Below, one piece after another: positions 40,775-54,228 of a DNA stretch of 64,000 nucleotides. Both the position numbers and the translations under genes were made by a program. Each line of letters begins with the position of its first letter. Within the stretch, counting starts at the first letter, position 1. Location: the NCBI GenBank assembly GCA_964016885.1, contig OZ024742.1:110546001-110610000 (forward strand), written 5' to 3'. The notes under the pieces were generated by a model. It saw nothing but the letters and a program-made list of their open reading frames with translations. It was not told the origin of the DNA and did not search any database. The DNA comes from Eledone cirrhosa (lineage: Eukaryota).

Positions 40775-42473
40775 CGCACTGTTATATATGGTATAGTTTT
40801 GCAGCTATTATAGAATATGCGAAAACATTCATAAACGTGTATGTATGTATGTATACATTCGTATATAGTATGTATGTATCTTTCTGTTTATTTAACTATT
40901 TCTGTGCTTGTATATGTATGTTTGTGTTTTTGCGTCTGTGTCTGGTATTTATGTTTATATTCACGCATTCGTAAACAGATATACACATACAGTACTTGAA
41001 TACATAAGTAAATAAGTGCGTTTTCCTTTATTTTTTAATTTAAATCCCACCGCCAACAGGCCAGCCAGCCAACATTTCACTGCATCGCCTATCGCTGAAG
41101 ATGGTGTATAGACGCATTAAATGAGAATGCAATGGAAATTTCAATTATATTAAGATACAAAATTAGGTTCAAATTCAGCTGGAAATAGATTTAGACAACA
41201 ACAAACGACACTAGGGAAAACGACAAAATCCGGCTTATATTGATTAAATTGTTTAAAGTGTGGAATGATGTAGAATGAGATAAAATTGTAAGTATAAATA
41301 TACAAAAGAATCGAAAAAATTCCATTAACTTCTTTTTACAGTAAAGTTAAATAGTTTCCAGAAACTTTGCCATATAATATATCTCAGTGTTGCCATAAAT
41401 TGTATTTGAAAAAAAAATTATTATCATTTCTGAAGCATAGTATTCTTTCATTCTTTACAACACACCAAGGTGCTATATATATATATACATATATATATAA
41501 AGGAATTCCAACTTTGTCTGATTTACTCGTTTTATTTACAATCCTTTAAAATTATAATGATATTATAATGAAATAGTATGGTAAAATATTAAATGTTAAA
41601 TGTTAATTGAACAAGTACTTTCATGCTTTCGCAATCTTCAGGTTAATATTCTGTGGTGACAGTCAAGTTTGCAATTTTCAACTATATATACAGTATATAT
41701 ATAAATGTTTATATATGTTTCTATATATGTTTATATATGTTTATATAATTAGCACCACCACTACGGCAGCGTTTAAGCGTAATAGAGGTGAATATGAAAA
41801 CATATATATACATACACTATACATTTACATATATAAACATATGGGTAGACTCAATTTCAAAGCAATTTACTTTTTTAGAAGGTATGTAAACGTATACTAT
41901 ACGTTTATATATCTTTTCATATACACCTCTATTATGCTTAAACGTTGATTTAGTGCTACTCCCAATTAAAGATAAACAGCCAAGTTAGCACTCTATGCAA
42001 ATGGGAATCACCATGCCCAATTTTATATCTCTATTTTCATGCCAGTACGGTTTGAGTGAGTGTCACCGGTGAAAGATTAACAAATCTTGAAACAGCTCTA
42101 TCAACCATTCTCAAACGTACTGGCAACTCTGTGATATATTCACAGAGGAAAAGAGGGGAAAATGTTTTTGTTATAAAAAAATACTTTTCTTTGATTGCGA
42201 TACTACCAAATTGAGTGTAAAGCATGACATGAGAAATGAGAGGGGTATATATATAGAGAGAGAGAAAAGAGAAGAGTCCTGCTCCATTGGTCTCATTTCC
42301 GCTTTTCTCTTCTCCTCTCCTCGTCTCTTCTCTCTCTATATACCCCTCTCATTTCTCATCTCATGCTTTAGACTTTCTCTCTTCCTTTTTCTCCTGCCCT
42401 TCGTTCAATATGAGGTTACATCTTAACTTGACTTTTTACTATACATACAGCTGTTTACAGCTACCCTCCCCAT

Positions 42474-42520
<47 letters not shown>

Positions 42521-42524
<4 letters not shown>

Positions 42525-42751
42525 AAGCTATATTTAGAGTGACAAAGGCAGCAGAAAGAATTCTATAAACAAGATCACATTGGGGTGCCACTCCTTATTT
42601 TTAAGTTTCTCTTAAGCTAACAATGCCTATATTTCAGGTGTCTACAAGATGGGTGGAGGTCATTCGTTGATGGGTTTAAAGAAAATGTATACTCTGCTTT
42701 GTATTGAGTACCTTACTTACTGTGGTTACCCCCGATTGAACCCGAGATAAA

Positions 42752-42753
<2 letters not shown>
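42521..42753. mobile_element. Rearranged copy of the 3047-3559 family in (TA)n
   Basis: 42521-42686 resembles 3330-3475 on the same strand. 42688-42753 resembles the reverse complement of 3047-3110. Confidence 0.7.
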
Positions 42754-42804
<51 letters not shown>

Positions 42805-42810
<6 letters not shown>

Positions 42811-43022
42811 TAAAATAGCAGATTAAAGTTTAAGAAAAGAATCGCTGCTTTCACCCTTAACGGGATCTTCAGAAGATCACGTTAAGGGTGAAAGCAGCGA
42901 TTCTTTGCTTAAATTTTAATCTGTTATTTTAATAGATATTTGCTGTAGGGTTCTTATATATTTGATATATATTTATCCTTATCGAGCCCTCTTTGGATTG
43001 TAGTCTTCAAATTTATTATTAT

Positions 43023-43027
<5 letters not shown>
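42805..43027 (+). mobile_element. Near-perfect fold-back PLE end (arms 42805-42869 and 42872-42937) plus tail
   Basis: The left arm read on the minus strand gives CTGAAGA-TCCCGTTAAGGGT-GAAA. The tail recurs alone at 58490-58562. Confidence 0.72.
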
Positions 43028-43082
<55 letters not shown>

Positions 43083-43904
43083 CTGTGTGTGTGTGTGTGT
43101 GTGTCTGTGTGTGTGTGTGTGTGTGTGCGAAAGTGATGTCTCGATTAACAGATTTAATATGAGCTGAATGTACCGCTTTTCCGTTTAACCTATGGTAAAG
43201 GGCAATATGACATACGGTTTTGGAAATATATTCACTGTCTGCTGAGCATGATGAACAGTAAAAAGATTATGGAAATCGTTGTAAACATTATATTATTATA
43301 TGAAATATAGAAATATACTTGTTATTAAATTTGGTAGAAATATAACATGGAAATTGAAAAAACAGTTAACCCATAAAATATAAATTTTACTTACCCGTTT
43401 TACATGAGAGATGAGCTTGATTAAGTTGAGAATGTACAGATTTAGAGGTGAAAAACTGCTTTTTTCTCGTTCATCTTTCTTAAAACAGTTGAATCACTTA
43501 ATCGCTTGTGTGTGTGGGGTTCACAAACCAGGATGTCCGGAACAAAATAACTAAAAACATGTTCGTCAACTAATTCTGATAAAGGATGTATGAACTCAAC
43601 ACAATTCCTAGAATTCCTTACTGAAGAACTCGGTCTAATACAACAATGGAAAATGATAAGGTTTGTGCAGAAAGCATTGGTGTAAATAGTATTACATTGA
43701 TGTATGCGGCAAAATGGAATCTGGCGCTGGTGGGTTATAGTCAAACTTAAAATAGATGTCTGTTACCATCATTAAACATTCGTTTACATGCCTTTGCTAG
43801 CATATCTTGCAGGTTACAAGGATACCGTGAACCATTGGCCGAATTGTGTTGGAAATACTGGATGAGAAGCACATGCCCTTATTTTACTCTCATTACTAAT
43901 AACG

Positions 43905-44140
43905 GTGAAGGTGCCTGACCTAGTGGTTAAGGCGTTGGACATATCATAATGTCATGTGGTGCTTCATTTCAAGTTGCTCCAGTACACTCAGCTGAAAATG
44001 AGTGCCAGTAACGATGACTGCCGTGATATCCATGGCGGTAGGGTGTACTCTCAGTCTCTTAATGTCGATGAAGAATGAAACTGGAATAAGCACCATCTAT
44101 ATGAGCCTAATAGCTTGTTGGGGCGGATTTAGCTTCAACT
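43905..44140 (+). mobile_element. Degenerate tRNA-derived SINE
   Basis: A-box CCTAGTGGTTAAGGCG and core CTCCAGTACACTCAGCTGAAAATGAGTGCCAG. Confidence 0.5.
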
Positions 44141-44437
44141 TAACTCACATGATGGTGAGAATGTAACTTGTCCAAAACTAGTAGCACTTTCACCTCAAAA
44201 ACAGAAAGTTTATGCACCTCGTCCTTGTTTTTACATACTGCAGCAACAACATTGACGAATAGCCACTCACTAAAGATATGCAAATGAACAAGGATTTCAT
44301 CGAGTGGTACAAATGAACTTGGAGCTTGAACATTCCTATGACGTCAACCGCAATAGTATCAAAGCTGCATAATCTCTTCATTCGTGCAACATGAGCAATA
44401 TCAATCGTGCGGTTCACCTGATCCCTATAAAATAGCA

Positions 44438-44551
<114 letters not shown>

Positions 44552-45178
44552 AAAGAGTGAGAGAGAGAGTGAGGGAGAACATATTGAAAGAAAGTAAAGA
44601 ACTAAATAAATCATAGGGCTTCATGTTATTGATAACGGTAAAAAGAGATAATGCAAATCAAAGCAAAGGCAATAAAAATAATGGAGATGATAACATTTAG
44701 GAGATGGAAGACAACTAGGAGATAATAAGGATGCTGGTAAATTGTAAAGCATTAAACATCCAGTCAACTGCTATTCAAAGACATAACTCTATTGACTAAG
44801 ATATTGAACTGGATTTAGAAACCAAACCCATGTTTGTAAAACCACTTCTCAGTTGTGTCTGAACACCATGTCCCCAAGTCTGACTCGGAATTTGACAGAA
44901 AATAAAAAAGAAATCACCCCCCCTCCAAAATAAAAAACAAAAAAACAACCAACAAACAAAAGGAATACAATTCTACTCTTCAATTTATTTGTAGGCCATT
45001 AAGAACATACTCAAATATCACAATTTTATAAAATATAATAGTCAAATGATTTATTATCGTTAACCTAATTGTTATTTATAGATGTTCACATTTCGTTACG
45101 AAATTATAAATCTTAGTTATCATATCCATAAAACAAACGACGGATTCTGGCGTAAATCCTCTCTCTATATCTTTCCGA

Positions 45179-45248
<70 letters not shown>

Positions 45249-46489
45249 GGAAGTAACAGGTGTATTAGACCGATATAGTGGACACAAAGGCAGTGGGGAA
45301 GAACGAGAGGGCAGCAAAAGGAAAGATGGTGCGACCCAATACGGCCGGAGATAGGAACCGGTGGTAGTCAACCAGGGAATGGGTTCCTAAAAAAAGAGTG
45401 AGAAGGCCCTGGATTTTGGATTTTGGAATAAGTATAGATTTAAATGAGCAGGATAATGTTTGGCAAGTCAAACTTCTGTTTTTCAATGTTTGATGTTAGT
45501 TACTTTCGAGAAAAAAGAAAAATTATCCTGCGTAATGTTTTCTTGATAATTGTTTCTATTTCGTATGAGCGGTGTTAATTAATTTACATTTGGTATTAAA
45601 ACCATGTCGCAACATGACAACTAATTATTTTGATGCAGCACTTTCAATATAATAACATGTTTGGTGTTAAAATGATTAAAAATAAAATTTAGAAATATTC
45701 TTCCTAAATGTGCACAATGTTACCTTCCCTGTTGTGGTGTGCACTCCGCGTTCAGAATCATTGTTAGAGAGATTCATTTGTTTAGATTAACGTCCATTTA
45801 AGGTGAGTGCGGTATAAGAATTGGAGCTGTGCCTCTGTATGCATGTATATATTTGCTTTTTATTTGATATTATATACAGTGTAATGCATACTTTAAATTA
45901 TTTTTGTTCCACTGCATATTCTAGGTTGCAGAAACTACTTGGATGAAAAATACAAACGTAAACACACAGACAAACGTAAACACACACATTCACATATTCT
46001 TCTCTGCAGCTAAGTAACTAAAAGATATCGCCTGGCATATGATATTGAAATCCCATGTAAAGAAAAATAATTTCTTTCAGAGAATATTTTACAGAAGAAT
46101 AAAAATGGTACTTTAGAAATTGATCAGGAAAAAAGAATAGAAATAAAAATATAAAAATAAAAACAACAGCACTAATAATAATGATAATAATGATAATAAT
46201 AATAATAAAAGGACGACGAAGAAGAAAAACGATAATAATAATAGAAATAATAATAAATATTGAATTGTAGTATTACTTTTTAGTGGAAGTAATCCGTTTT
46301 ATTAAATCTGCATACAATAACACTAAGAAAAATAAAGAGAAAGGTAAAAAAAAAAAGTACTCGCACGTAAATAACAACAACTTTAAAGAAGGAAATAGCA
46401 ACAATCATACTGTTTTTTATAAAAATAATGTGGCTTAAACTATTTTATGTATATACACATACATATATGAATATATACTCACACAAACG

Positions 46490-46521
<32 letters not shown>

Positions 46522-46573
46522 CACACAAATATATATCCACACACATATATATATCCATATATATATATATATA

Positions 46574-46633
<60 letters not shown>

Positions 46634-46685
46634 TATATTTATACACACATATATATTAACATCCATATAGATATATCCATACGCG

Positions 46686-46719
<34 letters not shown>

Positions 46720-46751
46720 TATATTTATATATACATATATATATGTATATA

Positions 46752-46834
<83 letters not shown>

Positions 46835-47595
46835 TGTGTGTGTGTGAATGCGTATTTATATGTTATATTTTTTCATCAACCATATTTTTACTGAGATATT
46901 TGCAGATTGTATAAGTGACTTCTAGTTAAGATCTATCGATTTTCATTTCGAAGATCTGGGTTTCCACTGTATCCCGAGATATGTTCTTGTAATAAGATTT
47001 CTATGTACTTATGTAGTAGTTGCTATCGGCATTCGCATTCAGAATCTGAGCTCTTATTACAGGCGTACTGAAACACAAAGTATAATACTAATTTTGTTCG
47101 CCATGTTGTATTAGGCATTTGGATTTGTTCGTGAGTAAAATATCCTGAAGATAGCATTCCAAGTAAAATATATTTCTACTGAATTTAAATACTTTACGAG
47201 CCAACGTTATGGATTGTGCCAATGTTTCTGTTTCCCAATGACTCTCTTCTTCTACCTACTATATCTCGCTCTTCACGTAAATACACACATATATATATAT
47301 ATGTATGCACACACACACGCACACACACACACACACGCACACACACACATACACACACATACACACACATACACACATGTATGTATACATATATTTAGAT
47401 TGGGAGTTACCTGTTAGACTAGTAAGTCTATGATCAGCTAAGTACTCGATACTTGGGAAAGTTGAGTGTACGTGTAGTTAAAAGTTAGTAACCGACGGCT
47501 GAATTCATGCCATTTCAACGTTATCCCCAGCGGCCGGGTGCTTCTTTTTCCTTGTGTATGGGTGTATGTGCAAATATGCATGTATATGTTTCTAT

Positions 47596-47634
<39 letters not shown>

Positions 47635-47699
47635 AGAAAGAATTCGACAGATCCACGCCTTTCTCTATCTCTCTTGACTTTTGAAAATTATGAAACTTG

Positions 47700-48457
47700 T
47701 GGAACCGGTAAAGTTTGATTCACCTCTCAATTCAAAGTATTTGAGTGGGCGGCTAAATTACGAATAAATCACTTCCTTGAAAGGAACAATCTACTGAACT
47801 CCGGTCAGCATGGGTACCGTGATGGCAGGGACTGCCTGGCGCAGTTTCTGCATTATTTTGATGACATCCTAAAAAAACTTTGGGATGTGGCTCTAACACG
47901 GATGATATTTACCTTGATCAGCGAGGTATTTGACAGGATTGATCACAACATCCTTTTGAAGAAACTATCCAACATTGGAGCCTGTGGAAGGCTACTGTAG
48001 TGGATTAATTGTTTCCCGATAAACAGATCCTTGTATTTTTTGAAGGAATATGATTGAGCTCAGACAAAGTCAGTAGTGGGTCCCACAAGACACTGTTGGG
48101 CCCATTTCTCTCGGTGGATTGGCAATATTGGTAGAGGGTCGGACGCCATGCTTTGACGCATAGAGTTACGGCCCTTGCCATTCTGAGTTCAAATCCCGTC
48201 GAGGTTAACTTTGCATTTCATCCTTGCGGGGTCGATAAAATAAAGTACCAGTAATGCACTGGGATAATGCTGGCCTTGTGCCAAAAGTAGAAACAATTAT
48301 TTACATAAATGACCTTATAGGCGTCATCAAGAATATTCGCAGAATATCATCAACGGAGTGGGAGAGTGGACATGCTTTCCATGTGATCTACTCGCTGTTA
48401 TCCAATGGATGACATAAAGCAATATGCTACTAAACGAGGTCACCATATGTTTATTGT
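47700..48457 (+). mobile_element. CR1/Jockey-group LINE RT segment (inverted duplicate), interrupted by a SINE
   Basis: NNLLNSGQHGYRDGRDCLAQ, IYLD..VFDRIDHNILLKKL, GVPQDTVLGP-like motif, IYINDL. Confidence 0.8.
48112..48299 (+). mobile_element. Meta-domain tRNA SINE inserted in the LINE
   Basis: Full head and core. Absent from the mirror arm at ~48670. Confidence 0.85.
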
Positions 48458-48509
48458 ATATATATATATATATATATATATAGTATATGCTTTCATATAC
48501 GCCCTGATT

Positions 48510-50700
48510 ATTATAAACATATGGTGATCTCGTTTAGTAGCATATTGCTTTCTGTCACCCATTGGATAACAGCGAGCAGATCCAATGGAAAGCATGTCCA
48601 CTCTCCCACTCCGTTGATGATATTCTGCGAATATTCTTTATGGCATCTATAAGGTCATTTATGTAAATAAGGAAGAGAAATGGGCCCAACACAGTGTCTT
48701 GTGGAACTCCACTACTGACTTTGAATTGAGAGGTGAATCAGATTGGACGGTAATTCACTTCAATAGGCATGTTCCCCTTTTTGAAAACTGGGACGACAGA
48801 CTGGGACAGGAAACGTTCAGGGATATAACCAGTGCTTAGTGAGTTTCTACAAGGATTAACACGAAGGATATAATTTATGCCGGCAATTCTTTAGGACACT
48901 AATAGGGAACCTACTGTTAGAAGTTCTTGATTTTGTTTATTGCCGTTAATATATCAGGGGCGCCAAACATTATGTCAGATATCGTGAGTTAGCGGTTTCC
49001 ATCACTGATACTGTTCAGATAAACTATATCAGGATTATTGAAAATAGAGCAGTATTGTTTCTACACTATCTCAATCATATTTTTAACATCATCATCGGTG
49101 GTGTTATTTTCATCAGTCAGAAAGCCAACAGTGGAGACAGTGACCTTGTTGTTTTTGGCAAATGAAAAAAAAAATTTATCATTGAGTTTGATTTTCAGAA
49201 TAGCCCAGTCCTCATCTGCTGTTCTTTAGTTATTTAAGGTGATATTCATGGTGCTTTGGAGGTTATATTCTTTTGATTCAAGCAATACAGTAACATTCAA
49301 ATAGATGTGTTGTTGCTGGTAGTATTTTTTTAAAACATTTTTCTACTGAGAGTTCTTCAATTCCTGGTCATTCTGCACTTAGTTTTGTTTACAGATCTTG
49401 TTGAGGTATGTTTTGCACATACATTTGTAACGGTGTCTGCAAATATCTGCCAATATGTTTTGATGGTGCTGGAGATGTGTATGTGTGTGAAAGACCAGTT
49501 GACATGTGAAAGATCGTGAATGATTGCATCGTAGTTTTCATTATGAAAATCTATGTTACCAAATGCGTGGGCTGGGGAGAGGCCATTGTGTTTAAATTTT
49601 GGCTGGTGAAATGTCAGATTACAAACAAATGTCATGGCTTGTTTTCCACTACATTATTATGAATGGCGTTTGCGTGGTTTCTAAACGCTAGGTCCGAAAT
49701 GGTTTTGTGACTTCTTGGTGAGAGCACAAGGTGGTACAGAAAAAAAAACTAATGCATGAAGTCGAAGAGTGACTCTACAAGTATTTTGCCAGGGGTTGGA
49801 GTGGAAATACCTGGTTTCCAGCTGGTTGTAAGCCAAATGACACAGAGGTGGTTGAAGAGACCCATCATTAGTATGTTGCCATGATGACACTGTTGAATAA
49901 AAAACTTTATGTTGTTGGGGCATTGCTTGAAGCATAGTGGAGGCATTTGGGGTGGCCTATAGATCCCAACTACTGTTAAGTCATTGGCTATATTAAGCAC
50001 AGAAACTAATTCACAATAACCGTTGGAGAATGTGTCATATGTGGCTACCGTAAAAGTATCATGCAAGGATATGGCAGTTACGCTCTTTCTTCGGCCGACA
50101 CGATCTGTGCGTATGGTTGTAAAATTATTCACTCTCACTTCAGCTTCCAGATGGATCTCAGTTAAGGTGAAGAAAGGGATGTAATGTGGATGGTCATCAA
50201 CCCAATCGTCAATGATTTTTGTGCATTGATGGAAGGGCTGATGCCTTGTAAATAAGCCAAAAAGTTGAGGCTAGAGAATTGGTTGGCTTTGACTGCTTCG
50301 GGAGTTTTTGTGGGTTTTTTGGTTAATCACAGCAACTGGAGTTTGTGTGCTGGGATGATAGGTGGTGTTGCGTGATAGCTAGAACGTTTTTTTGTATCTC
50401 TTTGGTCAGATTCATCATGCATAAACAAGAGTTTTCCTGGTTAGGGAATGACTGCTGTCTGGAGCTGTTGTGGCTACACTGTTTGATACGATTCTGAATA
50501 AATTTGTTCGAATGTTAGCGGTGGTTTGCTGTGTTTTGGGGAAAGTCTGGACCAGCACTAAGGCACCAGGTGATGTTTTTATTGTAGGTTTGGTGTTGGG
50601 TTGGATCCCCATTTTCATATTTATTAGTGCATCGTGTCCCAGGAGGATGAGTAAATGGACAATCTAGCTGCAAACATAATCTGTCGCGTAGGGAATATCT
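48510..50700 (-). mobile_element. Degraded CR1/Jockey-group LINE (APE endonuclease + RT)
   Basis: RTDRVGRRKSV, FSNGYCE, VVGIYRPP, VVPVFK..NYRPI, KVSSGVPQDTVLGPFLFLIYINDL. Confidence 0.82.
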
Positions 50701-50749
50701 ACCAGTCGTATGGCAATAATAATAATAACAACGTCATCCATTTTGTATT

Positions 50750-50870
50750 CTTTCAACGTCATCCATTTTGTTATACTTACTGCAAACATTACAGAAGCCA
50801 ATGAGAGAATTTCTACGTAGTCACTCGAGAAGTAATAGCAGCTATATCTCCCTTAAACCAGTCACCTGAT
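50750..50870. repeat. Dispersed repeat also at ~54810-54922
   Basis: Shared TCATCCATTTTGTTAT...ATTACAGAAGCCAATGAGAGAA.TTCTACGT.GTCACTC..AAGTAATAGCAGCTA. Confidence 0.7.
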
Positions 50871-50978
50871 TCATTGTTCGTTTTTTCTAGCCCACTTTTG
50901 TAGATCTGCAGAGCAGTGTTTCGAATTCGAGTGATACCATTTACAGGTGATGATTGACGTTACAATCTTCTTCCTCAC

Positions 50979-51028
<50 letters not shown>

Positions 51029-51030
51029 AG

Positions 51031-51062
<32 letters not shown>

Positions 51063-51654
51063 TAACGCAGATCGTTGGTATAAATACAGCGTCATTCGGC
51101 CAGCGTCATTCGGCCAGCTCACTCAATAAATCTAGTGAATTATAGTTATGCAACTGCAATCACCTGTTCAGAGTGCACACATTAAATTTTACTGCAGAGC
51201 GTTGGATGTGTTTTTAATTAGAGGTAAATGTTAAAATGCCTGAATGATAGTTTATGTGTAATATTTCCTTACAAATGCAGATTTTACTACTGCAATGTTC
51301 AGAAAAATCACTTAAAATCAGCAGATAATTAAGCAATCGGGCTATTATACGTCATCAGCTGGACTGCCCTATAAATATTATGCGATATTTCAATTCCGTG
51401 TGAGTAAGCCATTAGTGGTGGATAAGCTATCCAGCAGTACATGGCATTCTGTCACTTAGCCTCTAATGATAAAGAGGAAGGAAATTCTCGCAAATGATAA
51501 CATGTGATTTTGGTAGCTAAATTCAAACAAAGAAAAACTCGACCGACTTTATGCATATTTGCATACATATATAACAATGTTTATGCATATATACACATAT
51601 ACAAGCAAATAAAATCCGATTTGAGGTACAAAGTCAAATATTAAACATTCAAAA

Positions 51655-51685
<31 letters not shown>

Positions 51686-52402
51686 GGGATAACAAGTTAT
51701 CGTTATAGGTAATCCAGTTAGAGGTTGTGAGTATTGTGGATAGTTTTAACGTACGGCGTTGTTTGACTCAACAAGAGGTTTCCATAGTTAGGTAGCTAGT
51801 TCGCGAGAATTCCTATGCAGGTTATACTTGGAGTAATAATAGTGAAAGAATGAAGAATAACATGATCGGCTGTACAACAATCGGTTTTATTTCAAGTATT
51901 AACAATTGTTTCATTGATCAGGTGAGTCTAAACGCCACTAATCACTCGAAGTTGCGTCACTCGGCCTTAAATACAGTGTTTGCCTCTGTTCAAATCATCA
52001 TAATACTAGAGATTTCACATATGGCAATAGTATATATAGATACAACGTAGAATCAGGACAATAACATCAATAATAAAATATAATGATATAATACTAACAT
52101 GAAAAGCAACATTAGATATATATACATCCGTGGTGGTAAAAGGGTTAGAAGTAGAGAATAAGAGGTAGTAACAAATGACAGATAAAAGATAAAAAAACAA
52201 TAAATTAAAAATTAAGTGAGAGATACGAGGATGAGACATAAGTGATAGGGCTAAGACGGCGAAGGGGGATTTTGATATGTGTGTGTGGTAAATGTTTAGC
52301 GTGCTGATTGTTTAGCATGATGACTTAATGGTGTTGATGTGGCTTTAGGGAAAGAGAGTGAAAGAAAGGTTAGGAAATTTATGATGTTGATCTAGTGACC
52401 AG

Positions 52403-52630
52403 TCGCTGGCCAATAACGTCTGGCAGCTTAGGGACACAAACCAGGAATATAGGATTAGCTGGTCAAAATTATCGGAAGCAAGAGCCTACAACAATGGAAT
52501 GTCCCACTGCGGATTTTGCAATATGGAGATATACCACATTTTAAAATATGATAAGATGCTGCTTAACAGCAAAATGGAAAGATCAATTTTCTGTAGGCAC
52601 AAAGCAGCTACCAAGTTCACAAAGTTCTAA
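52403..52630 (+). pseudogene. Hydra-like GIY-YIG C-terminal fragment (not in the ORF track)
   Basis: SLANNVWQLRDTNQEYRISWSKLSEARAYNNGMSHCGFCNMEIYHILKYDKMLLNSKMERSIFCRHK...F*, colinear with the C-termini at 7439 and 20755. Confidence 0.85.
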
Positions 52631-52917
52631 CCAACATGATTCGACTCAGCAATCTCAAAATTCGAGCTGAACCACCAGGATTTTTATGCACACTGTTATT
52701 AGCTGTCAACCCTCACATCTTTATACATTCACTTGCTCACTACCACCACTATTATCAACTATCGTATTCTGTACTTATATTCTTTTAGTTATTTTTTTTT
52801 TACTAATTTTTTACATCTGTAACTTCTTCACCTCTTTATCATTATATTTTATTATTGGTGTTATTTTTCTGATTCTACGTTGTATCTATATATACCATTG
52901 CCATATGTGAAATCTCT

Positions 52918-53030
52918 AGTATTGTGATAATTTGATCAGAGGTAAAGACTGTATTTAAGGTCGAGTGACGCAACTTCGAGTGATTAGCGGCCTTTAGATT
53001 CACCTGATCAATGAAACAATTGTTAATACT
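52918..53030 (+). ncRNA. Hammerhead scaffold with altered position 3; mirror at 51895-52007 (-)
   Basis: AGTATT-GTGATAA (mirror ATGATGA)-TTTGATCAG...CTGATCAAT-GAAA-CAATTG-TT-AATACT, with palindromic ACAATTGT. Confidence 0.6.
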
Positions 53031-53079
53031 TGAAATAAAACTCCCTGTTGTACAGCCGACCATGTTATTCTTCAATCTT

Positions 53080-53116
<37 letters not shown>

Positions 53117-53121
<5 letters not shown>

Positions 53122-53340
53122 CAACAGTGACATAAACTGCTACTTAAGCATAGTAGAGTTCTGGACCCCCAACTAATTAAAAGATTAAAAACAATTTTTT
53201 TCTTATGAAAGGTTGAATGAGTTGTGGTCCAGAACCCAATGAAATTTAAGTACCTGTTTATGTCACTGTTGTAATTATTTATACTAAACTCGTCCTATGG
53301 ACTGAGTGTTCTTATCCTTTGATATTTCTACCAAACTTTT

Positions 53341-53348
<8 letters not shown>
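53117..53348 (+). mobile_element. Fold-back PLE-like remnant with HHR-like motif at 53208-53258
   Basis: Arms ~53117-53171 and 53225-53278. Motif AGG-TTGAATGA-GTTG...CAAT-GAAA-TTTAAG-TA-CCT. Confidence 0.6.
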
Positions 53349-53400
<52 letters not shown>

Positions 53401-53405
<5 letters not shown>

Positions 53406-54228
53406 GTTTGTCCTTCATCAGTGATCTTCCAACTATCATAGGCATTTCATCGCTTTAAAGACCATATACCTCCTGTTGGTGCGAGCAACGGCTAAAAAAA
53501 GTCCTTGGGACACGTAAATAAAGAGGACGCGAGGGTAAACAAACAAAATGGTGAGGCAAACTTTTTTCATATGTAACCCATTTGCAACTCCGCAGCGCCC
53601 TTATTATCATATTTACACATATTTTTTCCTCTGCTGCTACACCGTCTTTTTCGTTCTATGTATCTTTACCCTTTCTAGCAGTCTCTCTCTCTGTTAGCCT
53701 CTTCCTCACCTCACCCTTCACTCACTCATTCTCTGTCACTACCTCTCCTCCTCTTCCTCCTCTTTCTTCCCGTTTGACCTGTGAGTAACTCTTTTCTCTC
53801 ACATTCTCGGCCAAGCTGGTCGGAATTTTTTCTCTCTCGTCTACGATTTCACAGAACTTATGTTTACCGAATTCGCAGACCAGACCCCTTCTTCCTCCCG
53901 TTAGACCTGTGCGAAATTCCTTCTTGCTCACATTTCAACCAGGTTTGATGGTCTTTATTCTCTCGTTCACGATTTCACCGAACTTAAATTCATAGAAATC
54001 TGTGACTTGTCTCCTTCTTCCTCACTTCTGTTGCCTCACCATTTTGTTTGTTTACCCTCGCGTCCCCTTTATTTACGTGTCTCAACGACTTTTTTTAGCC
54101 GTTGCTCGCACCAACCGGAGGTATATGGTCTTTAAAGCGATGAAATGCCTATGATAGTTGGAAGATCACTGATGAAGGACAAACTTTTTTCATATGTAAC
54201 CCATTTGCAACTCCGCAGCGCCCTTATT

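Larger units (their letters stand above)
51686..53085. mobile_element. Inverted pair of Hydra-like PLE 3' ends (arms ~51839-52088 and ~52837-53085) in (TA)n
   Basis: Diverged inverted arms with an HHR scaffold, tail at 51686-51838, and an endonuclease remnant on the + strand. Confidence 0.8.

Noticed and set aside
43396-44430. Possible minus-strand exons (43396-43745 with GTAAGT donor, ~44195-44425) or pogo-like relic (SDKGCMNSTQF)
   Set aside because: No frame stays open between the splice sites, no protein was recognised and the motif is too short.
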